Positions 50,067-59,128 of a DNA stretch of 64,000 nt are shown here, piece after piece; positions within the stretch are counted from its first letter, which is position 1; every line of letters begins with the position of its first letter. Where the stretch lies: the NCBI GenBank assembly GCA_049515915.1, contig JBEKTP010000007.1:2401-66400 (forward strand), written 5' to 3'. The position numbers and the translations under genes are program-made. The notes under the pieces were generated by a model. That model was given only the letters and a program-made list of their open reading frames with translations, was not told the origin of the DNA and did not search any database. The DNA is from Patescibacteria group bacterium. GTDB lineage: Bacteria > Patescibacteriota > UBA1384 > UBA12157 > JAENIV01.

Positions 50067-51041
50067 TTATGCTATTTGTTTTGCTATTCTTTGAGCAATA
50101 TCGAGCGCCTCAATTGCTTCACGCGCCGTCACCATCGGCCGGGTATTAGTTTTAATCGCTTTAATGAAAGAGAGGATTTCGGCCTTTAACGGCTCGATAT
50201 TTTTAACGGTAATTGTCTTTTTTTTCTGATTGTCGCCAAATTTAATCAAGAAATCACCAAAATCATCATATTGCATTATCACATTCGATTCGTAAAACTC
50301 AATTTCCTGAGTAATGTAATTAAGTTCAACATAGGCTTTACGCCCTGAAACCGTTAACTTTCGGACTTTCAAAGGTGTGATCCAATTGCAAAACATCACG
50401 CCCGTACCCGAATCATAATCCAAAAAGGCTTCGACATGATCCTGGCAAATCCGATTAAGAACTTGACCGCCACGCGCCACCACATTTTTCGGCAGTTTGC
50501 CAAAAAACCAGTTCATAATATCAATGTCATGAACGCCAATATCAATGACTACATTTGTGTCTTTAATATGAAGAGGGGTTGGGCCTAATCTAAAAGTGGC
50601 CACGGAAACTATTTCCCCCAATTTTCCTTTGTCAATCATTTCCTTAAGCTTCAGAACGGCCGGATTAAAGCGTTCGATGTGACCGACGGTAAATTTTATT
50701 CCTTTCACCTTGGCCTTTTGAACAATTTTTTTTGCTTCCTCGACCGTCGAAGCGATCGGTTTTTCGATCAGAATATTAACGCCCTTGGCGATGCAATCCA
50801 AAGCGACCTGTTTATGATATTTGGTCGGTACGGCAATCGAAACAAGATCTAACTTTTCGGTTTGCAGCATCTCGTGATAATCGGTGTAACCTTTACACTT
50901 AAATCGCTTAGAAATTTCCTGGCTTTTTTCCTCATCTAAATCGGCCACCGCGACTAAATCAACATTCGCAATTTCCGAATAATTGCGAGCGTGATGTTTC
51001 CCCATGCTCCCAACACCAATAACCCCTGCGTTTAATTTCAC
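50067..51041 (-). CDS. Gfo/Idh/MocA-family oxidoreductase (WbpB-like)
   Basis: GVIGVGSMGKHHARNY N-terminus. Apparent GTG start preceded by AGGAGG. Confidence 0.8.
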   Translation of the reverse strand: MKLNAGVIGVGSMGKHHARNYSEIANVDLVAVADLDEEKSQEISKRFKCKGYTDYHEMLQTEKLDLVSIAVPTKYHKQVALDCIAKGVNILIEKPIASTVEEAKKIVQKAKVKGIKFTVGHIERFNPAVLKLKEMIDKGKLGEIVSVATFRLGPTPLHIKDTNVVIDIGVHDIDIMNWFFGKLPKNVVARGGQVLNRICQDHVEAFLDYDSGTGVMFCNWITPLKVRKLTVSGRKAYVELNYITQEIEFYESNVIMQYDDFGDFLIKFGDNQKKKTITVKNIEPLKAEILSFIKAIKTNTRPMVTAREAIEALDIAQRIAKQIA

Positions 51042-51242
51042 TCCGCCTCCTCTTAATCTTTAAATTCTGTTGTGATAGAACAAATCCCCTTCACCCCGCA
51101 TAAGACGCATCTCCCAATAACAGGATGTAATCCGTTTTACAGAAAGGAATTGTGCGGGGCCTTTAGTCCTAAACCCTTGCTTTTAATGTGGCAGAATTTA
51201 ATTCTTTCGTCAAATAGTGTCAAGCTACCGCGTGATGAGAAA

Positions 51243-51268
51243 GGGGCGGACTTCTGTCCGCCCCCTGC
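51243..51268 (-). terminator. GC-rich hairpin (ggggcggac-ttct-gtccgcccc) downstream of the GC-rich ORF
   Basis: Perfect 9-bp stem seen in the sequence. The flanking T-tract on the minus strand is weak. Confidence 0.4.
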
Positions 51269-51290
51269 GTTCCGATACGACTTTTGCCGC

Positions 51291-51779
51291 TCATCTTGCT
51301 ACCACCTCGATTGGTAGCACGCCGTTATGCTCGCTCACTAGTTTAGCTAGCGCGGCGCAGATTTGCTTATATTTGCCGCCATAGAGATCTGACGGCTTGC
51401 AGAACTGGGCGCCACAGTAAGAGATCTCAAAGATCGAACCGTCCTCGATGATCTCCAACCGGCCGTCGATACGGTTACCACTCGCCTCGTAGTAATCGAG
51501 GTACAGGCGCGCTCCCGCCCTTGGCAGCAAAACTACCGGCCCCGCGCCACTCTGTCCTTGGAGCGCGGACTGAATCGCGTCGAGCATGGCCTCGGGAACG
51601 GACCAATGGATGATGATCGACCATCCATCCGCACCCAGGACCGCCTTGAACGAATATTCCATTCCGCTCCTCGCGACAACTCCGTCAGCCCAACCAGCCT
51701 CGTCCGCCCTGTGAAACTGTCTCAGCCGCACGTCGGAAACTTCGCTCTTCATCCTTGTCCCTCCTTGGTCTGATGCCAT
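51291..51779 (-). CDS. hypothetical protein, compositional outlier (Ala/Gly/Arg-rich, GC-rich codons)
   Basis: 162 aa. Local GC is clearly above flanks. It lies between the WbpA-like and WbpB-like genes. Confidence 0.4.
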   Translation of the reverse strand: MASDQGGTRMKSEVSDVRLRQFHRADEAGWADGVVARSGMEYSFKAVLGADGWSIIIHWSVPEAMLDAIQSALQGQSGAGPVVLLPRAGARLYLDYYEASGNRIDGRLEIIEDGSIFEISYCGAQFCKPSDLYGGKYKQICAALAKLVSEHNGVLPIEVVAR

Positions 51780-51891
51780 TCCGAAATAGAGCGTTTAAGA
51801 ATACCACAAACAATCAAAAAAAGCTATTTAGAGCTCTTCTAACAATATTTTACATATAGTTTTAACTTTTGACTTTTTACCTTTAACTTAT

Positions 51892-53226
51892 TTAGATATT
51901 CCCAATCCCCTTATAGATAAACCCAGCCTGTGTCGCCGCGGCTTTATCAAAAACATTGCGGCCATCAACAAGAATCGGCTTGGAAATTTTCATTAACCCC
52001 TTGAGTCTATTGTAACTCAAAATTTTATATTGGTCATGGTCTGTCACCAGCACTAATGCGCTCGCGCCTTTCACAATTTTAGCCAGCGAACCCTTAAAAG
52101 CTTTAACATACGGATCATGAACAACAACTTTCGCCCCGGCTTTTTCAAGGTAGCTAATTAACGGTTCGGCTGGGGTGTTCCTGATGTCATCAGAATTGCC
52201 GGCATAGGCAAATCCCAGCACGACGATTTTAGCGCCGACCATATTTTTGCTCGCTTCTTTAAACGCCTGCTTGACCAAATCAAAGGTGTGTTGAGGCATA
52301 AAATCGTTGATCTGGCGAGCTAAAGGAATAATTTTGGGGTCCATCAGATTTTTGGCGCCATAAGTTAAAAGCCATGAATCCTTGGGAATACAATGACCGC
52401 CCACGCCGGCTCCTGGTAAATGCATCTGACGTAACGCCTCAGGACGAGTTTCTTTGACCTTTTTACAGTCGTTGATTAAGGTGCGCACTTGCCAAACATC
52501 AGCGCCGAGAGCTTCGCAAAGCAGAGCCATTTCGTTGGCAAAAGCAATCTGAACATCTCGATAAGCATTTTCGCCGGCTTTGACAATCTCGGCCGTGACA
52601 GAATCGGTCTCGTCAAGTTTTCCTTTAACAATGTATTGATAGAGGTCCTTGGCCGTTTTAGTCGCCTCCTTACTCATGCCGCCGATCACTCGGTTGTAAT
52701 TTTGGATATTTTCGAGCAAGTGCCCAGGCATTAATCTTTCGGGGCAGTTGGCGAGAAGAAACTCTTCATTAACCTTTAAACCCGATTCATCCTCCAAAAT
52801 CGGCTTGACCAAATGAGCCATTGTCCCCGGGGCGATGGTTGATTCAACAATCACCAGTGTATCTTTGGTCATATTGCGGCCAATGCAAATAAGCGCCGCT
52901 TTCATCGCCGTATAAGCCGGTTCGTGAGTGTCATCTTGGACGGGGGTTTCGACCGCCACGATAATCACTTCGGCTTCCTGGTAGGCTTCCGGTTCAGTTG
53001 TCGCGCGAAAAGTTTTCTTCTGACGAACTTCCGCCATCAGTTCTTTAAGCCCCGGTTCCTTACCTTCGATCGGACATCCACCGCGATTGATTTTTTTGAC
53101 GCGCTCGGCTTTGACATCAACACCGACAACCGAAAAACCTTTTTTGGCAAACAACAAGGCGACCGGAAAGCCGACATAGCCCAAGCCACAAATCGCAATT
53201 TTAGTTTTAAATGGAATGATTTTCAT
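51892..53226 (-). CDS. UDP-sugar 6-dehydrogenase (WbpA/WecC family)
   Basis: KIAICGLGYVGFPVA NAD-binding N-terminus and a GGHCIPKD catalytic Cys region. Start set at MKIIPF. The track ORF extends to 53256. Confidence 0.85.
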   Translation of the reverse strand: MKIIPFKTKIAICGLGYVGFPVALLFAKKGFSVVGVDVKAERVKKINRGGCPIEGKEPGLKELMAEVRQKKTFRATTEPEAYQEAEVIIVAVETPVQDDTHEPAYTAMKAALICIGRNMTKDTLVIVESTIAPGTMAHLVKPILEDESGLKVNEEFLLANCPERLMPGHLLENIQNYNRVIGGMSKEATKTAKDLYQYIVKGKLDETDSVTAEIVKAGENAYRDVQIAFANEMALLCEALGADVWQVRTLINDCKKVKETRPEALRQMHLPGAGVGGHCIPKDSWLLTYGAKNLMDPKIIPLARQINDFMPQHTFDLVKQAFKEASKNMVGAKIVVLGFAYAGNSDDIRNTPAEPLISYLEKAGAKVVVHDPYVKAFKGSLAKIVKGASALVLVTDHDQYKILSYNRLKGLMKISKPILVDGRNVFDKAAATQAGFIYKGIGNI

Positions 53227-53386
53227 ACAAGGATAAATTAAACATGATTGATGCAAAATGCAAGGTTAATAAGATGTATCGATATTATCCTTTAAAGCGT
53301 GAGTCATCAAATTCCCCAAGAAATCTCCGAGTTACAACCGACATAAAACTTCGGGGGAAAGATCGAACAGAAATTCTTTAGCCAGT

Positions 53387-55027
53387 TTAAATTTGGACAA
53401 GCTCTGCGCCGTCGTCGAATTTTTTGATGACTTTGCCATCGTGCCCGAGATCTCTTAAAAGCTTATCTTTAATTTCAAATTGGGCATATTTGGAGAAAGT
53501 GATCCCACTCGGGTTGCTTGGTGGTTTAACATCAATGAAAAGGAGGTTGATATTGCCATATTGATCTTTTACTTCGGTAAGAACCTTTTTGTAATCGTTT
53601 TCATTTTTCCGGTCGTTCAGATAAGCGGTAACGGTGTCGGCTTGCGCCGGCGTTAAATTAAGTGGCACTAAGTTATTTTTTGTCTTAATCGGCATAAAAA
53701 GATTGGCGGCTGGGTTAAATAAAATCGGTTCACTTTTAGGAATCTTTTCTGAAAGATAATCAAGCTTTTGCTGGTCTTTGGGCCAAAACCAAATCTGCCA
53801 GCTAAACGAATCCGGCAAATTGTCTAAGCCGGTGAAAAAAGCTGAGTTCATAAAAACAAGATAACCAATCAAGCCCAGGGCGAGGATGGTCTTATAATTT
53901 TTGATGACGATGTTTTGAGCGTTGAAAATATAATTTAATAAATAGGCTAGGCAGACCGTCAAAGGTAGAGCTAATTCCCGAGCAAAGCGCGCCGGCACAG
54001 CTGAAGAGGCAATTCGAGAGACAAGGTAGAAAAATAAAAGCCAAATAATCACCAGTTGCTTGGCGGCCGCTTCTTTGGTAGTGGTTGCTTTGCTTAAAAT
54101 AAGGCAGATAAATCCTAAAATCCCACCGTACCAAAGAATTCCACCCGTAACCTGCGGATAATCGTTATATGATAAAGCCGAATTAAGATAGGCATCTTGC
54201 AAACTCGGCCGATTGGTCAGCATTCCTTTAATGAAATCAAAAACAAACGCGCCGTAGAGCTTGTCGGCGATCAGCAGAATAACCAGTAGCGCCGCTCCAA
54301 CAATGGCAATATTTTTGATCTCTTTGGAAAGGTTTTGTTTTGTTTTCCGATTTTTAAAATAAAAGGAAAGCTGCAAAGCGCTAAAGACTAAAAGAATGGC
54401 GAAAACATTGATAAAGGTGAAATGGTGGGTAAGGGTAATCGCGAAAAATAAAATGATTGCCGCGATCAAATCCGCTCTTCTTTTTGAACTGACATATCGA
54501 ATCACAAAAGCAAAAAGTAGAACGGTAAAAAGTCCGTAAGCAAGCATATCGGGATAATTGCCATCAACAAAGGCATAGAGCGGATAATTTGAGGTCAAAA
54601 GTAAAACCAGTGTCGCCAGCACCGAAACTTTGGTGTCAAAAAGCTGCCTAAGAAGAAAAAACATTGCCAGCGACGGTAAAATGATGAGCATCGGCGTCCA
54701 AGTCGTTAAAATATGCCAAACATCTTGATGAAAAATTTTCGCGAGATAAAGGACGATCAAGTGAAAGAGTGGCGGGTAAGTTGAAAGATGAGACCAAACA
54801 CCACTTGAGAGCGCTTCGATAAGCTGGAAATGAGAAATCACGTCCGATCCCGGCGGAACAATATATTGATAATAAAAATAGCCAAAATAAACGATATATA
54901 TTTTTAGAGCAAATCCTAAAATCAGCAGAATAATAAAAAGAATATCAGAGAGCTTTTTTTGGGGGAATTTTTTTTCTTTGGGCATGATATTTTGATGAAT
55001 ATTGATTAAATACCGCGATGGTTTCAA
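53387..55027 (-). CDS. polytopic membrane protein, GT-C-like candidate
   Basis: 546 aa with about 12 TM and a C-terminal soluble domain. The 5' end overlaps the upstream GT4 gene, so the true start may be the internal MPKEKK. Confidence 0.4.
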   Translation of the reverse strand: MKPSRYLINIHQNIMPKEKKFPQKKLSDILFIILLILGFALKIYIVYFGYFYYQYIVPPGSDVISHFQLIEALSSGVWSHLSTYPPLFHLIVLYLAKIFHQDVWHILTTWTPMLIILPSLAMFFLLRQLFDTKVSVLATLVLLLTSNYPLYAFVDGNYPDMLAYGLFTVLLFAFVIRYVSSKRRADLIAAIILFFAITLTHHFTFINVFAILLVFSALQLSFYFKNRKTKQNLSKEIKNIAIVGAALLVILLIADKLYGAFVFDFIKGMLTNRPSLQDAYLNSALSYNDYPQVTGGILWYGGILGFICLILSKATTTKEAAAKQLVIIWLLFFYLVSRIASSAVPARFARELALPLTVCLAYLLNYIFNAQNIVIKNYKTILALGLIGYLVFMNSAFFTGLDNLPDSFSWQIWFWPKDQQKLDYLSEKIPKSEPILFNPAANLFMPIKTKNNLVPLNLTPAQADTVTAYLNDRKNENDYKKVLTEVKDQYGNINLLFIDVKPPSNPSGITFSKYAQFEIKDKLLRDLGHDGKVIKKFDDGAELVQI

Positions 55028-56144
55028 TAGCCGCTTTTTTCCAGCTAAATTTCTTCGACTGCTTTAAACCTCTTTTAATCATCTGCTCCGAAATTCTCTT
55101 TGAGGTCAAAACTTTTTCCAGCGCATGGGCAAGTTCTCCCTCGTTTGTCGGGTCAATTAAGATGCCGGCTTTCCCGATCACCTCGGGCAATGAAGATTTA
55201 TTTGAGCAAACGACCGGCGTCCCGGAGGCCATGGCTTCCAGCGGCGGTAAACCGAAGCCCTCGTACAAAGAGGGGTAAGCAAAAACGCTTGCCCTGTTAT
55301 AAATATAAGACAAGTCGCGATCAGGCACAAATCCTGTAAAAATAACCTTGTCGGTCAGATTATAATTTTCAATCGTATCTTGGAGTTCCCGATTATTCCA
55401 CCCTTTACCGCCGGTTAAAACGATTTTGTATTCCTGCTTCAAGCGATTGGGGAGAAGGCTGAAGGCTTTGATAAGGACAGGCAGATTTTTTCTGGGCTCG
55501 AGTGTACTGACTGAAAGAATGTATTTGGTCTCTTTAGGAATATATTTGGCAATAATCTCGTTGGTTTTTATGACATTCTTATTCACCATAAAATCTTTGC
55601 TGACACCCAGATAAACAACATCGATTTTTTCTTTTGGGATATCGAGCAGTTCGATTAAATCGTTTTTAGTTGACCGCGAAGAAGCAATAATCTGCTCGGA
55701 ATTTTTTAGGGCTATCTTGGTTCTTTTAAGATAATAATTGCTCAACCGACGGCCGCGATGTTCAGGATATTTCATAAAAACCAGATCCTGAATCGAGACA
55801 ATATTATGATCAAAACCTTTGACCGGTATGCCGGCGAAGTGAGGGGCAAAATACAAATCAAGATCTTCCTTGATAAAATTTCTAAGTGAGATAGGAAAGC
55901 CCGTCAGGAGTTCTTTCCATCGAGCGGGTATTGGAATAATTTTCACCTTAACATTGTTGTTCTTGGCTTCGGTAACCAAATCTTCCAAAATCTTACGCCT
56001 CTCCGGTTTTCTGATAAAACTCGCGTACAAAAAATAATGATTTATTTGATCAACTTTCAGAACGTTTTTGACCAGATTTAAAGCGTAGCGCCCAAACCCT
56101 GAGCGATCAAAAATAATACAATTGGCATCAATCCCAATCTTCAT
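54945..56144 (-). CDS. glycosyltransferase family 4
   Basis: [30 protein letters not shown] motif. Confidence 0.8.
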   Translation of the reverse strand: MKIGIDANCIIFDRSGFGRYALNLVKNVLKVDQINHYFLYASFIRKPERRKILEDLVTEAKNNNVKVKIIPIPARWKELLTGFPISLRNFIKEDLDLYFAPHFAGIPVKGFDHNIVSIQDLVFMKYPEHRGRRLSNYYLKRTKIALKNSEQIIASSRSTKNDLIELLDIPKEKIDVVYLGVSKDFMVNKNVIKTNEIIAKYIPKETKYILSVSTLEPRKNLPVLIKAFSLLPNRLKQEYKIVLTGGKGWNNRELQDTIENYNLTDKVIFTGFVPDRDLSYIYNRASVFAYPSLYEGFGLPPLEAMASGTPVVCSNKSSLPEVIGKAGILIDPTNEGELAHALEKVLTSKRISEQMIKRGLKQSKKFSWKKAAIETIAVFNQYSSKYHAQRKKIPPKKAL

Positions 56145-56257
56145 TTATATAGAAAGATATCATAAAAAGCGCAAAGCGCAAAGTTTAAAACTATGCAAAT
56201 CATAACCGACAATGTTTTCTTCCCGATCGTTTTGAGTTTTTAGTTTTAAGTTCTGAC

Positions 56258-57664
56258 TTATCTGACGATAATTTGCCAACTTATATCCGGTCCGAACCAC
56301 GTAATACCTTCCAAGACCGGTCGGAAGTGCTCAATATAGGTACCGGCAGTCGCCGGCGCGGTGATATCAAGCAACAAAGTGCCCGTTTGTCCAGGATAGA
56401 CATCGTCAATCAAGTGACCGCGAGCATTGGCGCCGCCGGTAAAGGCACTGCCTCGATCTTGCGGTGCCCAATCGCCCAAGTGAACGGGAAAATTACCAGT
56501 GGCAAACCACGGCTCGCTCCCGGTATTAAGCAATGTTACCGAAAGGGTAGCGCTATCGCCAGCCGCAATCGAAGTACCATATGAAGCAGGGCCCCGAACC
56601 GGACCTTGAGAGACATACTGACCAGAGGTTTGATTGCCCGCCATTTGCGGCGAGACAGTGTATGTCCAGCTCATTTCCTGACCGAACCAGGCCACATTTT
56701 CGGCCACCGGACGGAATCTTTCAAAATAAGTTCCAGTCTGGGCTGGGGCCGAAAAATTTAGAATAAATGTCCCAATTTGGCCCGGCGGCACGGTATCCTG
56801 AACCAAAATTCCTCTTAAATTTTGGTTGCCCATCATCGGACTCAAGCGATCATTAGGACCCCAAGTGCCAAGGTGCACCGGCGTGACCGCGTCGGTGCTC
56901 GACCACGTCGTATTGCCGGTGTTAAGAAAATTAACCCAAGCCGTGAAGGACTGGCCCGGCAGCAAGGCCGTGCCGTAGATACCCAGACCACTTCTCGGTC
57001 CCTGTCCAAGATATTGGGCATTAAAAACACCTTCGCCGCCCCAAAGCTTAAAATAATAATAGAAATTATAATTCCCCTGTAAATGGGGCGTGTAGCGGTA
57101 AAGTGCCGAGGTACTTTTAGTTCGAAAAGTGACCAGCTGCCCGTCAATCGTCATACTATTACCCACATTCCAAACCGAACCATTTTGAGCCCAGTTATCA
57201 TAGTTGTACCTTAGCTGCCAGGTCCCAAAATCAACCTGAATACCAAAACCCTTATATTTAACAATCTGTCCCGAATCAGTATAACCATAGCCCATCGCCC
57301 AATCGGATCTGGTTTGGTCAAAACTCGTCGAGGCAGGCCCGGTAATCAGACCCTGTTCTTTTTGCAAAGTCGCTAAAATGGCGATTGGATTTATACCGTA
57401 GGCTTGAGAAGCATTGTAAATCATGCCGGCCGCGCTGATGCCATTTTCCGAATAACTCTGCAAATAACTGCCCTGAGCAACCAAAAAGGCCTGAATGCCA
57501 GTTAAATCAAGTATATTGGTATTGATGAAAGCTTGATCCGAGCAAAGGTTGCCGGGATCGTAGCCCGCTTCCACTTTGGATGGTTTAACTAACGTTATAA
57601 GAGAACATGATAAAAGTGCAAATATTAATAGAACAATTTGATAACGAAAAGTTTTTCTGACCAA
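56258..57664 (-). CDS. secreted protein: N-terminal glucosaminidase-like domain + two tandem ~115-aa Trp-rich (FW-like) repeats
   Basis: Signal peptide present. GINPIAILATLQKEQG loosely resembles the GH73 motif. Two repeats carry the conserved W..HLG.W.P.DR...PGQ.GT...AP...GTY.E.FRPV...WFG pattern. GC-rich. Confidence 0.45.
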   Translation of the reverse strand: MVRKTFRYQIVLLIFALLSCSLITLVKPSKVEAGYDPGNLCSDQAFINTNILDLTGIQAFLVAQGSYLQSYSENGISAAGMIYNASQAYGINPIAILATLQKEQGLITGPASTSFDQTRSDWAMGYGYTDSGQIVKYKGFGIQVDFGTWQLRYNYDNWAQNGSVWNVGNSMTIDGQLVTFRTKSTSALYRYTPHLQGNYNFYYYFKLWGGEGVFNAQYLGQGPRSGLGIYGTALLPGQSFTAWVNFLNTGNTTWSSTDAVTPVHLGTWGPNDRLSPMMGNQNLRGILVQDTVPPGQIGTFILNFSAPAQTGTYFERFRPVAENVAWFGQEMSWTYTVSPQMAGNQTSGQYVSQGPVRGPASYGTSIAAGDSATLSVTLLNTGSEPWFATGNFPVHLGDWAPQDRGSAFTGGANARGHLIDDVYPGQTGTLLLDITAPATAGTYIEHFRPVLEGITWFGPDISWQIIVR

Positions 57665-57741
57665 TTACCCTCCTTGACTTCTATATCTATATGCAGAGCA
57701 TATCACAATCTGAACCGTTTGTCAAAAATACCCTCGCTGGC

Positions 57742-57770
57742 TTGACGATCCGAGCACGGAAAGTTATATT
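57742..57770 (+). promoter_or_regulatory. sigma70-like promoter TTGACG-N17-TATATT upstream of hsp20
   Basis: Seen in the sequence, about 75 nt upstream of the hsp20 ATG. A GGAGG RBS precedes the start codon. Confidence 0.45.
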
Positions 57771-57845
57771 GTACTTAGGATAGTTTTTACTTCCTAAATT
57801 TTTGGAGTTAATGTTAATGTTTTTAAATTTTTTATGGAGGATTAG

Positions 57846-58226
57846 ATGAGCAATGACAAATCGATCACGGAATCAGGCGATTGGATGGAAACCTACGAAG
57901 GTCAGTTAGCCATTGATGTTTATCAAAACGATAACAACGTGATTATTAAAGCCCCCATTGCCGGTGTCAGCCGGGAAGATCTCGAAATTTCCATCACCGA
58001 CGAAGTCGTCACCGTCAAAGGCGAACGCAAACACCAGGGCGAAGCCCGTGAAAGTTATCTTTGCCAAGAATGCTACTGGGGGCCATTCTCACGCTCTTAC
58101 GTCTTGCCAATTGAGGTGATGGGCGAGAAAGCCCAGGCCTCACTCAAAAATGGCATTCTGACGATTACGATACCAAAAATCGAGAAGACCAAAACTAAAA
58201 CCATTGAGATAAAAGCGGAAGAATAA
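57846..58226 (+). CDS. Hsp20/alpha-crystallin small heat-shock protein
   Basis: Alpha-crystallin domain (LAIDVY...VVTVKGERK...GILTITIPK). Confidence 0.9.
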   Translation: MSNDKSITESGDWMETYEGQLAIDVYQNDNNVIIKAPIAGVSREDLEISITDEVVTVKGERKHQGEARESYLCQECYWGPFSRSYVLPIEVMGEKAQASLKNGILTITIPKIEKTKTKTIEIKAEE

Positions 58227-58241
58227 TGTCAAGGAGTTTTA

Positions 58242-59111
58242 ATGAAGATTAGAAAGGCGGTCATCCCAGCCGCTGGTTATGGTACGCGCTTTTTACCCAT
58301 GACCAAAGCTTCCCCCAAAGAAATGCTGCCAATCATCGACAAGCCGATTATTCAATATGTCGTTGAGGAAGCCATCGCTTCGGGCATCGAAGATATTGTT
58401 ATTGTCACCGGCTCCAACAAACGCGCCATCGAAGATCACTTCGATCATAATCTGGAGCTGGAAAATTATTTAGAAAAAGCCGGCAAAACCGAACAGCTCG
58501 AAGAAATTCGCCGTATTGCCCGAATGGCCAACTTTATTTACATTCGTCAGAAAGGCCCTTACGGCAACGGCACGCCGATTCTCAACGCCGAGCCGATTAT
58601 CGGCAACGAACCGTTTGCCGTTTTATGGGGCGATGAATTTATTTACGCTGAACCGCCGCGACTCAAACAAATGATTGAGGTTTTCGATAAATACAATGAT
58701 CCGGTGATTTCGGCTGTCAGAGTCCCCCAAGAATATCTCAATAAATACGGCATTGCCAAAGTTAAAGAGGTCGAAGATAAGATTTTTGAAATTGAAGAAA
58801 TTGTCGAAAAACCCGAACCGGATCAAGCTCCATCCGACCTAGCCACCCACGGCGCTTATATTTTAACCCCCGATATTTTCGAGGCGCTGAAAAATCTTAA
58901 ACCCGGCAAAGGCGGCGAGGTTTGGCTGGTTGACGGCATTAATGCTTTAAAACCGAAGCATAAAATCTACACCAAAGAAATCGAAAACGGCAAGTATTAT
59001 GACGCGGGTAACAAACTGGAATATTTAAAGGCCAATGTCGAATTTGGCCTCAAGCGCGAAGATATTAACAGACCCTTTAAAGATTTCCTTAAAGGTTTAA
59101 ATCTCGATTAA
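58242..59111 (+). CDS. galU: UTP--glucose-1-phosphate uridylyltransferase
   Basis: KAVIPAAGYGTRFLPMTKASPKEMLPIIDKP N-terminal signature. Confidence 0.9.
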   Translation: MKIRKAVIPAAGYGTRFLPMTKASPKEMLPIIDKPIIQYVVEEAIASGIEDIVIVTGSNKRAIEDHFDHNLELENYLEKAGKTEQLEEIRRIARMANFIYIRQKGPYGNGTPILNAEPIIGNEPFAVLWGDEFIYAEPPRLKQMIEVFDKYNDPVISAVRVPQEYLNKYGIAKVKEVEDKIFEIEEIVEKPEPDQAPSDLATHGAYILTPDIFEALKNLKPGKGGEVWLVDGINALKPKHKIYTKEIENGKYYDAGNKLEYLKANVEFGLKREDINRPFKDFLKGLNLD

Positions 59112-59128
59112 ATTTCTAAAGGAGGGGA

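Noticed and set aside
51072-51317. 81-aa plus-strand ORF in the GC-rich leader
   Set aside because: Its composition is odd and Cys/Pro-rich, and it overlaps the hairpin and the start of the 162-aa gene. It is more likely non-coding leader or terminator sequence.
56258-57664. Possible diversity-generating retroelement target (tandem repeats at the 3' end of a secreted protein)
   Set aside because: The repeats are diverged at the DNA level with no adenine-specific pattern, and no reverse transcriptase gene is in the window.
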